From an uncultured cyanobacterium (GTDB taxonomy: Bacteria > Cyanobacteriota > Cyanobacteriia > PCC-6307 > Cyanobiaceae), in the NCBI GenBank assembly GCA_963697335.1, contig CAVONQ010000018.1, positions 96,001 to 160,000 on the forward strand: a stretch of DNA of 64,000 nucleotides, written 5' to 3'. A program made the translations under genes and the position numbers. The first letter of the stretch is position 1; each line of letters starts with the position of its first letter. Of this stretch, positions 10,298-18,731 are shown piece by piece. A model generated the notes under the pieces. That model had not been told where the DNA came from. It worked only from the letters and a program-made list of their open reading frames with translations, and made no database searches.

Positions 10298-11863
10298 ATG
10301 CTCGGTGAACTCTGGTCACTCCAGGGGAGATACAAGACGCTGCATCTCACCTGGTTTGCATTCTTTCTTACGTTTGTCGTCTGGTTCAACCTGGCTCCCC
10401 TGGCGACCACCGTCAAGGCGGATCTGGGCCTCACCGTTCCCCAGATTCGCACCGTTGCGATCTGCAACGTGGCCCTCACCGTGCCGGCGCGCATTCTGAT
10501 CGGCATGCTGCTGGACAAGTACGGGCCCCGCATCACGTACTCCACTCTGCTGATTTTTTCGGCTTTTCCCTGTCTGCTGTTCGCCTTCGCTCAGGACTTC
10601 AACCAGCTGGTGGTGGCTCGCCTGCTGCTTTCGATCGTCGGTGCCGGCTTTGTGATCGGCATTCGCATGGTGGCTGAATGGTTCCCGCCCAAGGAGATCG
10701 GCCTGGCTGAAGGCATCTACGGCGGCTGGGGCAACTTCGGCTCCGCCTTCTCGGCGCTCACCATGGTGACCCTGGCCGGCTGGCTCTCCTTCGGTGGTGG
10801 TTTCGCCGTTGATGGCATCGTGCTGAACTGGCGCGGAGCCATTGCCCTCTCCGGCATCATTGCCGCCATCTACGGCGTCTTCTACTACTTCAACGTTGAG
10901 GACACGCCGCCTGGTCGGATCTATCAGCGCCCGGCCAAGACCGCTGGCCTGGAGGTCACCTCCATGCGGGACTTCTGGGGTCTGATCGGCATGAACGTGC
11001 CCTTCGGCGTGATTCTGGCAGTGCTCGCCTGGCGGCTTCAGAAGGTGAAGTTCCTCGATGACACCGGCTTTGCCATCGCCATCGTGCTGGTGCTTCTCTT
11101 CTTCGGTTTCCAGACCTGGGGCATCATCCGTACCAACAAGGAGCTGATCACAGGAGCCAAGGTGTATCCCAAGGAGGATCGCTATGAGTTCAAGCAGGTG
11201 GCCATTCTGGAGCTCACCTACATCGTGAACTTCGGTTCGGAGCTGGCGGTGGTGTCGATGCTTCCCACCTTCTTCGAAACCACCTTTGCCCTGCCCAAGG
11301 CCACGGCCGGAATCCTGGCCTCGGCCTTTGCCTTCGTGAACCTGGTGGCGCGCCCCGGCGGTGGACTGCTCTCCGACAAGCTCGGATCCCGCAAGTCCAC
11401 CATGGGCTTCCTCACCGTTGGTCTTGGTTTCGGCTATCTGCTGATGAGCATGATCAAGCCCGGAACGTTCGTCGGTTCCGCCGGCATCGTGCTGGCTCTG
11501 GTGATCACCATGGTCTGCTCCTTCTTCGTGCAGGCCGGGGAGGGATCCACCTTCGCCATGGTGCCCCTGGTCAAGCGCCGGGTCACCGGCCAGATCGCTG
11601 GCATGGTGGGCGCCTACGGCAACGTGGGTGCCGTGGCCTATCTCACCATCTACAGCCTGCTGCCGCTGTGGTTGTCCGGCGCCGCCGATGCCGAACCCAC
11701 CCCCGCCGTGGTGGCGGCCTCCAACAGTGCCTTCTTCCAGGTGCTGGGCATAGCTGGTCTGATCGTTGGCTTCCTCTGCTACTTCGTGCTGAAGGAGCCC
11801 AAGGGATCCTTTGCTGATCTCCATGAGGGAGAAACAGCTGCGGCCGCCGCGACGGGGGTCTGA
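10298..11863 (+). CDS. nrtP: Nitrate/nitrite MFS permease NrtP (NapA)
   Basis: LHLTWFAFFLTFVVWFN, GWGNFG nitrate signature, ELTYIVNFGSELAVVSMLP; directly upstream of narB. Confidence 0.95.
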   Translation: MLGELWSLQGRYKTLHLTWFAFFLTFVVWFNLAPLATTVKADLGLTVPQIRTVAICNVALTVPARILIGMLLDKYGPRITYSTLLIFSAFPCLLFAFAQDFNQLVVARLLLSIVGAGFVIGIRMVAEWFPPKEIGLAEGIYGGWGNFGSAFSALTMVTLAGWLSFGGGFAVDGIVLNWRGAIALSGIIAAIYGVFYYFNVEDTPPGRIYQRPAKTAGLEVTSMRDFWGLIGMNVPFGVILAVLAWRLQKVKFLDDTGFAIAIVLVLLFFGFQTWGIIRTNKELITGAKVYPKEDRYEFKQVAILELTYIVNFGSELAVVSMLPTFFETTFALPKATAGILASAFAFVNLVARPGGGLLSDKLGSRKSTMGFLTVGLGFGYLLMSMIKPGTFVGSAGIVLALVITMVCSFFVQAGEGSTFAMVPLVKRRVTGQIAGMVGAYGNVGAVAYLTIYSLLPLWLSGAADAEPTPAVVAASNSAFFQVLGIAGLIVGFLCYFVLKEPKGSFADLHEGETAAAAATGV

Positions 11864-11892
11864 TCCCGGATCTCAGCCGCATCGCTGCTGTG

Positions 11893-11922
11893 GGGCAGGC
11901 CCAGGGTCTGCCCTTCTTCTTT
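11893..11922 (+). terminator. Terminator-like hairpin between nrtP and narB
   Basis: GGGCAGGCC-CAG-GGTCTGCCC (9 bp, one G-U pair) followed by TTCTTCTTT. Confidence 0.55.
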
Positions 11923-11944
11923 GTCCGTCTGTTCTGTGAGCTCC

Positions 11945-14152
11945 ATGGCTGCATCCCCACCCGGTTCGGTGCGCTCCCAGTGCCCCTACTGCGGCGTGGG
12001 CTGCGGCCTGGAGTTGCTGCCCCCTGCCGCCAAGAATCAGCCCACCCGGCGGGATGCTGACGGCCTGCCGCTGTGGGGCACCCGGGGGGACCGGCTCCAC
12101 CCCTCCAGCCTGGGGCAGGTGTGCATCAAGGGAGCCACGGTGTGCGACACCCTGCGCCACGGCCGCCTCAGCCAGCCGCTGGCTCGCGCCAGCCTGGACG
12201 AGCCCTTCCAGCCGATCAGCTGGGACGCGGCCCTCGATCGCATCGTGGCCCGGATCCGCAGCTCCCTGGCCAGCAAGGGGCCCGGAGCGATCGCCATGTA
12301 CGGCTCTGGTCAGTTTCATATCGAGGACTATTACGTCGCCCAGAAGTTGCTCAAGGGGGCGATCGGCACCAACAACTTCGATGCCAACTCACGCCTGTGC
12401 ATGAGTTCGGCCGTGGCGGGCTATGCCCGCAGCCTCGGCTCCGACGGCCCCCCCTGCTGCTACGAGGATCTCGACCACTGCGCCGTGGCCTTCCTGATCG
12501 GCACCAACACCGCGGAGTGCCATCCGGTGCTGTTTCAGCGGCTGCTGAAGCGCAAACGGCGCCAGCCCGGCAGTGTCACCATCGTGGTGGTGGATCCCAG
12601 GCAGACGGCCACCAGCGATGCGGCCGACCTGCACCTGGCCCTTCGCCCGGGCACGGATCTGGTGCTGATGCATGGCCTGGCCCATCTGATGGTGCAGGCG
12701 CTCACCATCGACGTGGACTTCATCGAGGAGGCCACCGAGGGCTTCGCCGCCTATGCCGAGCTGTTGCAGGCCTGGACCCCCGAGCGGGTCAGCCGGCTGT
12801 GCGGCATCAGTGAGGCGGCCCTGCGGCAGCTGGCCCAGCTCTGGGGCCAGGCCCCCAGCGTGCTCAGCCTCTGGTCGATGGGCCTCAACCAGAGCGTGGA
12901 GGGCACCGCCAAGGTGGCGGGCCTGATCAACCTGCACCTGCTCACCGGCCAGATCGGCAAGGTGGGAGCGGGGCCCTTCTCCCTCACTGGCCAGCCCAAT
13001 GCCATGGGCGGCCGCGAAGCCGGTGGGCTGGCCCACCTGTTGCCGGGTTATCGCACGGTGGTTGATCCCAGCCACCGGGCCACGGTGGAGGCGGCCTGGG
13101 GGTTCGGGGCCGGGGCGATCGATCCCGCCCCTGGTCTCGATGCCTGGCGCCAGGTGGAGGCGATGGAGTCCGGCGCCCTCGATCTCTGGTGGGTGGCGGC
13201 CACCAATCCCCTGGTGAGCATGCCCAACCTGGAGCGGGTCAAGGCCGCCGTGAGCCGCTGCCCCCTGGTGGTGCTCAGCGATGCCTATGCCGACACCGAG
13301 ACCGCCCAGTACGCCCACCTGGTGCTGCCGGCGGCCCAGTGGAGTGAAAAGCCCGGGGTCATGGTGAATTCGGAGCGGCGGGTCACCCTTTGCCCGGCCT
13401 TTCGGCCGCCCCCCGGGGAGGCCCGCCCCGATTGGCAGGTGTTCGCGGAGGTGGGCCGCAGGCTGGGCTTCGTCGAGCCCTTCAACTACGGCTCCGCCGC
13501 GGAGGTCTATGCCGAGCTGGCCGCCCTCACGGCCGGCCGTGCCTGCGACCACTCCGGCCTCAGCCACGGCCTGCTGGCCAGCGAGGGCCCCCAGCAATGG
13601 CCCTTCCCCAGCGGCTCAGCCCCTGGCCATGAGCCCAGGCGCCTCTACACCGACTACCGCTTCCCCACCGCCAGTGGTCGGGCCCGCTTCATCGCCGAGC
13701 AGCCCATGGGTCTGGCGGAGCCCCCCAGTGAGGCCTACCCCCTGGTGCTCACGGTGGGCCGCTACCTGGGCCAGTGGCACACCATGACGCGCACGGCCAA
13801 GGTGCCTCGCCTCAACGCCCTGCACCCCGAGCCCCTGCTGGAGATCCATCCTGAGGATGCCGGGCCCCTCGGCCTGGACGATGGCGCCATGGCTGAGATC
13901 CGCTCGCTGCGCGGCACGATCACGGCCAAGGCGGCGGTGACCGAGCGCATCCGACCGGGCACCGTGTTTCTGCCGATGCACTGGGGCTTCATGCAGGAGC
14001 AGGCCTGTGAGGCCAATGCCCTGCTGCACGAGCAGGCCTGCCCGATCTCCAGGCAGCCCGAGCTCAAGGCCGCCGCCGTCGCTGTAGCCCGGGTTCAGGC
14101 CGCGGCCCCGGCGGTGGGAAACAGTTCCCTCAGGGCTGCGGGCAGGTTGTGA
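11945..14152 (+). CDS. narB: Ferredoxin-nitrate reductase
   Basis: CPYCGVGC..C 4Fe-4S motif, NFDANSRLCMSSA, LTGQPNAMGGRE and QPELK motifs. Confidence 0.96.
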   Translation: MAASPPGSVRSQCPYCGVGCGLELLPPAAKNQPTRRDADGLPLWGTRGDRLHPSSLGQVCIKGATVCDTLRHGRLSQPLARASLDEPFQPISWDAALDRIVARIRSSLASKGPGAIAMYGSGQFHIEDYYVAQKLLKGAIGTNNFDANSRLCMSSAVAGYARSLGSDGPPCCYEDLDHCAVAFLIGTNTAECHPVLFQRLLKRKRRQPGSVTIVVVDPRQTATSDAADLHLALRPGTDLVLMHGLAHLMVQALTIDVDFIEEATEGFAAYAELLQAWTPERVSRLCGISEAALRQLAQLWGQAPSVLSLWSMGLNQSVEGTAKVAGLINLHLLTGQIGKVGAGPFSLTGQPNAMGGREAGGLAHLLPGYRTVVDPSHRATVEAAWGFGAGAIDPAPGLDAWRQVEAMESGALDLWWVAATNPLVSMPNLERVKAAVSRCPLVVLSDAYADTETAQYAHLVLPAAQWSEKPGVMVNSERRVTLCPAFRPPPGEARPDWQVFAEVGRRLGFVEPFNYGSAAEVYAELAALTAGRACDHSGLSHGLLASEGPQQWPFPSGSAPGHEPRRLYTDYRFPTASGRARFIAEQPMGLAEPPSEAYPLVLTVGRYLGQWHTMTRTAKVPRLNALHPEPLLEIHPEDAGPLGLDDGAMAEIRSLRGTITAKAAVTERIRPGTVFLPMHWGFMQEQACEANALLHEQACPISRQPELKAAAVAVARVQAAAPAVGNSSLRAAGRL

Positions 14153-14583
14153 TGGTCGTGGCCAGGGCGGGCCAGCTTGCAGAGGGCAAACCGCTCCAGC
14201 TCCGAGAGAGCGTTCCACTGGTCAGGCCCCAGGGCGTAGCCCAGCTCTGCGGCTGAGCTGCTCACATCCCGGGGGGGGATACCGGGGTGTTGCCAGGGGG
14301 CGTCGTGGGGGATGGGCAGGGACGCGACCCCGCCGTCCGCCATGGCCGCCGTGCTGGCCTGCAGGTCGACGGCCATGGCCGCCAGGTCATCGGGACCGTC
14401 GGGCCAGAGCACCAGCTGATCCCGTTGGGCTGCCGTGAGCGCCAGCCAGTGGTTGAGCCTCAGTTTCACACCACAGAGATCGAGCTTGCGGCGCAGGCAG
14501 AGGGGAATGCAGCGCCAGTTGCCCACGAAGTCGCGCTCGAAGTCGAAGCAGTGGGAGGAAGGATGGGAGCCCTCAGGAAGCAT
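14095..14583 (-). CDS. narM: Nitrate reductase-associated protein NarM
   Basis: FDFERDF..WRCIPLCLRRKLDLCGVKLRL..W and RFALCKLARPGHDHHNL motifs; convergent with narB. Confidence 0.88.
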   Translation of the reverse strand: MLPEGSHPSSHCFDFERDFVGNWRCIPLCLRRKLDLCGVKLRLNHWLALTAAQRDQLVLWPDGPDDLAAMAVDLQASTAAMADGGVASLPIPHDAPWQHPGIPPRDVSSSAAELGYALGPDQWNALSELERFALCKLARPGHDHHNLPAALRELFPTAGAAA

Positions 14584-15754
14584 CGTGTCTCCACTGGATC
14601 AGGGACCGCAGCTGGGTGAGTAGCGCGCCGCTCTCAACCAGCTGCGTGGCACGGACCACGCCCGCAGCCAGATCATGGCAAACACCGCCATACCAGAGGT
14701 AGGCCCCGGTATTCCAGATCAGGGCTCTGGCCAGGGGCCCCTGGCCGCCGAGGGCGGCGAGGGCCTGCTCGCGCCAGCCCTCCAGATCCTGCCAAAGGGC
14801 ATCGGTGTCGTAACAGCCATGGTCGCGGGGGTGAAGAATCAGACGCTCCCCCTCACCCCCCTCGGCCCGGGCCGTGATGCAGGCGCGGCTGATCGGCAGG
14901 TCGGTGCTGCCTTCGAGCCCCTTCACCGTGATGGTGACAGCCTCCCCGGCCAGCTCCAGGGCCTTCCAGGCCCGGCTTTCGGTGGGGGGATGCACGAAGC
15001 CGCTCACCAGCAGGTGGGGGCCCTGATGGGCGGTCCAGAGCAGTTCGAGGCTGGCTACCGGGGGGCGCTTGCCGAGGTCGTCGCGGATCGGCGTGAGGCT
15101 CTCCGCCAACGGGAAGTGATCCGGCTGGTGCACCAGGGCCAGGCGGTGCTGCGTCAGCCCCGCCTGCAGCGTGGCCAGGTCCAGCCCGTGCAGCTCCAGC
15201 CCCAGGGCGGCGAACAGCTCCATGGCCGTCACCCCGTATTTCACCGGCATGCGGGCCCCGCCCTGCAGCACCACGGGCAGCCCGGCCGCACTCAGGGCCA
15301 GGGCTGTGAGCGGGTAGATCGGGGCCGTGCGGGTGCGGCCGTCAAAGGGCATGCCGAAGCAGAGGGCGGGCACGGCACTGGTCAGACGTGGCCCCAGGCG
15401 TCGGTAGACATCCAGCATCCCGGCCAGTTCCTGGGGCTCGGGCCGCCGGATCCGATGGGCGATCAGGAAGGCGCCGATCTGGGCCGGCGTGGCCTCCCCC
15501 AGCAGCATCAGTTCCAGCGCATGGCCGGCCTCCTCCCGGCTGAGGCCGCGGCTGGTGTGCTCGCCACTGCCCACCTTCTGCAGGTAGTGCTTGAAGCGCT
15601 CGCGGCCAGACAGAAGCTCCGCAGCAGCAGCCGCTTGGCCGTTGAGTCCGGTCTCAGGGGTGGCGTTGGGGAGGGTGCCGGAGGGGAGCGCCATCAAGGA
15701 CCTGGGGGAGGTGGCAGCGAGCGCCGCACTGGCAACAGGGTCGATGAACCCCAT
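14573..15754 (-). CDS. Anthranilate phosphoribosyltransferase / glycosyltransferase family 3 protein (CnaT/YbiB-like)
   Basis: KVGSGEHTSRGLSREEA, AQIGAFLIAHRIRRP, GFVHPPTE and KGLEGS motifs. The ORF track start (16387) is over-extended; ATG 15754 or 15694 is likelier. Confidence 0.85.
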   Translation of the reverse strand: MGFIDPVASAALAATSPRSLMALPSGTLPNATPETGLNGQAAAAAELLSGRERFKHYLQKVGSGEHTSRGLSREEAGHALELMLLGEATPAQIGAFLIAHRIRRPEPQELAGMLDVYRRLGPRLTSAVPALCFGMPFDGRTRTAPIYPLTALALSAAGLPVVLQGGARMPVKYGVTAMELFAALGLELHGLDLATLQAGLTQHRLALVHQPDHFPLAESLTPIRDDLGKRPPVASLELLWTAHQGPHLLVSGFVHPPTESRAWKALELAGEAVTITVKGLEGSTDLPISRACITARAEGGEGERLILHPRDHGCYDTDALWQDLEGWREQALAALGGQGPLARALIWNTGAYLWYGGVCHDLAAGVVRATQLVESGALLTQLRSLIQWRHDAS

Positions 15755-15813
15755 GCTGTCACCAGCGGTCGTCCAACGTGTGCCCACCGAACAGAGGCCA
15801 GGACGGAAAAGAA

Positions 15814-15827
15814 GTATCAACCGACAC
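15814..15827. promoter_or_regulatory. Putative NtcA box
   Basis: GTA-TCAACCGA-CAC in the divergent gap before the cnaT-like gene. Confidence 0.45.
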
Positions 15828-16141
15828 GGAAGAGATCCTGAAGATTGCCGCCGGGGCCGGGCGGCTTCGGTTCGGTACCAACCGCTGCATCCCGATGGCC
15901 CCGTGGCTGGAGACAGTCGCTGATCACTTCTCGGAGCGCGGATGCGATTTGCTGCCTGCTGCGGGCTTCTGCTCGGATGCCTGCATGGTCTGGTGAGCCT
16001 TGAGCTGCGGCCCAGCAGCGCCTTCAAGGTGCCCGGATCAGCTCTGTTGGGGTCCTGGAGCCCTGCTCCCCCAGCTGGCGCCGGCTTCTGAATCCCCTCA
16101 TCCGGCTTCGATACTGGAGTCTGTTCTTCGGCAGCTCCGCC

Positions 16142-16348
16142 ATGGCCACCCCGCTGCAGACCACCCGTAGCGCCAGCTCCCCCCTCGGCGTCGCCCTCGC
16201 CTTCGTCGGCATGTTTGTGGTGGGGTCCCTGGGGGTTCAGTTGCTGGCTGAACTGCCTCACGACGCGGCGCCTGCCTCCTCCGCCGGGCGAGCCGCCTCG
16301 GTGGTGGCCCATCCCGCCACCCTCTGGAGTGCCCTGGGCGAGCGCTGA
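16142..16348 (+). CDS. Small hypothetical membrane protein (68 aa)
   Basis: ATG-started ORF in an otherwise intergenic gap, with one hydrophobic segment (LGVALAFVGMFVVGSLGVQLLA). Confidence 0.55.
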   Translation: MATPLQTTRSASSPLGVALAFVGMFVVGSLGVQLLAELPHDAAPASSAGRAASVVAHPATLWSALGER

Positions 16349-16376
16349 GGCCAGCCAGGTCAGGGATAACAGATCC

Positions 16377-16418
16377 GTAACGACCACGACACCCGGTCCT
16401 GGCCCGCGCCTGCAGGAT
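16377..16418 (+). promoter_or_regulatory. Putative NtcA-activated promoter of nirA
   Basis: GTA-ACGACCAC-GAC (16377-16390), 22-nt spacer, -10-like CAGGAT (16413-16418). Confidence 0.55.
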
Positions 16419-16629
16419 CAGTTCAGGTCTGTGATTGCAGATCCCAGCTCATCTCGAAGGGGAGCCGCAGCGCCATGGCGTCGCCCTCCCATTCCGGACA
16501 ACGCATCCCTCATTGGCGTTCACCGGCCGCATCCCCTCCCGATCCCTGGGGCTGCGCTTGGTGGTGCCATGGGGTCCCGTTCACGGCCGCGTTGTCTGGG
16601 CGTGCACTGGCGCGCCGTATCCATCTTCC

Positions 16630-18195
16630 ATGAGCTCTTCCAGCACCCCCGCTGCGCCCGCCCCCAGCTCCGGCCTCACCAAGGTGGAGCAGGCCAAGGC
16701 CGATCTCTGCGGCCTCGATCTGCAACCCCAGCTGGCCGAGCTGGCCGCCGCCGGTTGGGACAGCCTCGACGAGGCCACCCTCACCATCCGGCTCAAGTGG
16801 ATGGGCATCTTCTTCCGGCCCGTCACCCCGGGTCGTTTCATGCTGCGGCTGCGGCTCCCGAACGGCGTGATCAGCGCTGAGCAGCTGGAGCTGCTCTCCG
16901 AAGCGGTGGATCGCTGTGGAGAGCACGGCAGCGCCGACATCACCACCCGCCAGAACCTGCAGTTGCGGGGCCTGTTGTTCGAGGACATGGCGCCGCTGCT
17001 CCAGGCCATGGAGCGGGTGGGCCTGACCAGTCGCCAGTCGGGACACGACAACCCGCGCAACATCACCGGCAACCCCCTGGCAGGAATCGATCCCGAGGAG
17101 ATCGTCGACACCCGCCCCCTCGTGCAGGCGATCCAGGCGCGGCTGTTCCAGCCCGATGGCCCCCGCAACCTGCCGCGCAAGTTCAACGTGGCCGTGGGCG
17201 GTGCCCCCGACAGCTTCCTGCTCCACAACGACCTCGCCTTCCTGCCCGCTTATCACGGCAGCGACCTCGGTTTCACCGTGATGGTGGGTGGCTTCTTCTC
17301 CGCCCAGCGCAACGAACTGGCCATCCCGCTCGGTCTCTGGCTACGGGCCGATCAGCTGCCCGATTTTGCCCTGGCCGTGCTGCTGCACTTCGAGCAGAAC
17401 GGCAACCGCAAGCTGCGCAACAAGAGCCGGCTGATGTATCTGATCGATGAGCTGGGGCTGGAGCCCTACCGAGAGGCGGTCACGGCGGCCTACGGCGCCC
17501 TGGCCGGCGCCGAGGCGATGGCCTCCCTGCAGCGCCACGACGGCAGTCACCTGGTGACGCGGGCCCCCCGCGATGGCCTCGGCTGGCATCCCCAGGCCCA
17601 GGAGGGGCTCGGCTGGATGGGCCTGCACGTGCCCATGGGCCGCCTCGATGCCGAGGCGATGCTGGCCCTGGCCGGTTTGGCCCGGCAGTACGGCAGCGGT
17701 GAACTGCGGCTCACCGAGGCCCAGAACGCCCTGATCGTGAACGTGCCGGAAGCGAGCCAGGAGGCCTTGCTGGCCGAGCCCCTGCTGCAACGCTTCCGCC
17801 CCGATCCAGGCCCCCTGCAGGCCGAGGCCGTGAGCTGCACCGGCAACGCCTACTGCAGCTTTGCCCTCATTCCCACCAAGAGCACGGCCCAGGAGCTGGT
17901 GGAGGAGCTGGAGCGGCGGGTGGAGCTGCCCCATGGGGTGCGCACCCACTGGACCGGTTGCCCCAACGCCTGCGGCCAGCCCTACATGGGCCAGATCGGC
18001 CTGATGGGCGCCAAGACGCGCAAGGACGGCGAGATGGTGGAGGCGGTGAAGATCTTCCTCGGAGGCTCCATGGACGCCGAGCCCAGGCTTGCTGAGCTGC
18101 ACGATAAGGGCGTGCCCCTCAGCGACCTACCGGACGTGATGGAGCAGCTGCTGGTTGACCGCTTCGGAGCGCGCCGGAAGGCCTCGGCTGCCTGA
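16630..18195 (+). CDS. nirA: Ferredoxin-nitrite reductase
   Basis: FMLRLRLPNG, ADITTRQNLQLR, LPRKFN and siroheme/4Fe-4S cysteines CTGNAYC and TGCPNAC. Confidence 0.96.
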   Translation: MSSSSTPAAPAPSSGLTKVEQAKADLCGLDLQPQLAELAAAGWDSLDEATLTIRLKWMGIFFRPVTPGRFMLRLRLPNGVISAEQLELLSEAVDRCGEHGSADITTRQNLQLRGLLFEDMAPLLQAMERVGLTSRQSGHDNPRNITGNPLAGIDPEEIVDTRPLVQAIQARLFQPDGPRNLPRKFNVAVGGAPDSFLLHNDLAFLPAYHGSDLGFTVMVGGFFSAQRNELAIPLGLWLRADQLPDFALAVLLHFEQNGNRKLRNKSRLMYLIDELGLEPYREAVTAAYGALAGAEAMASLQRHDGSHLVTRAPRDGLGWHPQAQEGLGWMGLHVPMGRLDAEAMLALAGLARQYGSGELRLTEAQNALIVNVPEASQEALLAEPLLQRFRPDPGPLQAEAVSCTGNAYCSFALIPTKSTAQELVEELERRVELPHGVRTHWTGCPNACGQPYMGQIGLMGAKTRKDGEMVEAVKIFLGGSMDAEPRLAELHDKGVPLSDLPDVMEQLLVDRFGARRKASAA

Positions 18196-18582
18196 GGGGC
18201 GCTGCTTGAACACCCTGTTGCGCAGCCAGGAGCCCACCGATCCAGTGCCGGATTGGCTGGCCTGGCGGCGACACCAGCGTTGATCCAGTTGCACCAGGGC
18301 CTGCCGATCTCCGCTCTCCTCGCCCGCGTACAGCAGGTGGATGAGCCGCTCGGGATCGAGTTCAAGCAGCGCCGCCTCCTGCCAGAGACGCTGGCTGCGC
18401 ATCTGGTCTCCCTGGCGGAACTGGGCCTGGGCCAGCTGCTCCGCCAGGCTCACCAGGAGCTGCTGTTCCTTCACGGCAGCGAGCCTGGCGCCGTCAATCC
18501 GCCCAGGGGGTCCCTGGAGGTTGCCCGGATCGCGGGTCCGGTTGCCCTGGGAGACGCATCCAGCCTTCGTTCTCTGGCCCAT
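18127..18582 (-). CDS. Hypothetical protein convergent with and overlapping the nirA 3' end
   Basis: Protein-like helical core (LVSLAEQLAQAQFRQGDQMRSQRLWQEAALLELDPERLIHLLY) fills the nirA-cbiX gap; ATG at 18582. Confidence 0.5.
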   Translation of the reverse strand: MGQRTKAGCVSQGNRTRDPGNLQGPPGRIDGARLAAVKEQQLLVSLAEQLAQAQFRQGDQMRSQRLWQEAALLELDPERLIHLLYAGEESGDRQALVQLDQRWCRRQASQSGTGSVGSWLRNRVFKQRPSGSRGLPARSEAVNQQLLHHVR

Positions 18583-18653
18583 GGTCTTTTGCTCTTCTTC
18601 CTGGTTCCTTGATAGAGCCGATGCCTGAAGCCAGCCCTTTATCCACATCAAAC

Positions 18654-18667
18654 GTATCGGTGGCTAC
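18654..18667. promoter_or_regulatory. NtcA box (perfect consensus)
   Basis: GTA-TCGGTGGC-TAC between divergent genes. Confidence 0.7.
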
Positions 18668-18731
18668 AGAACAGCCCTCCCGCGCCCTGGGGCCGGTGCC
18701 ATCGTTAAGGGCAGGTCGGCAGGAGAGCGTT

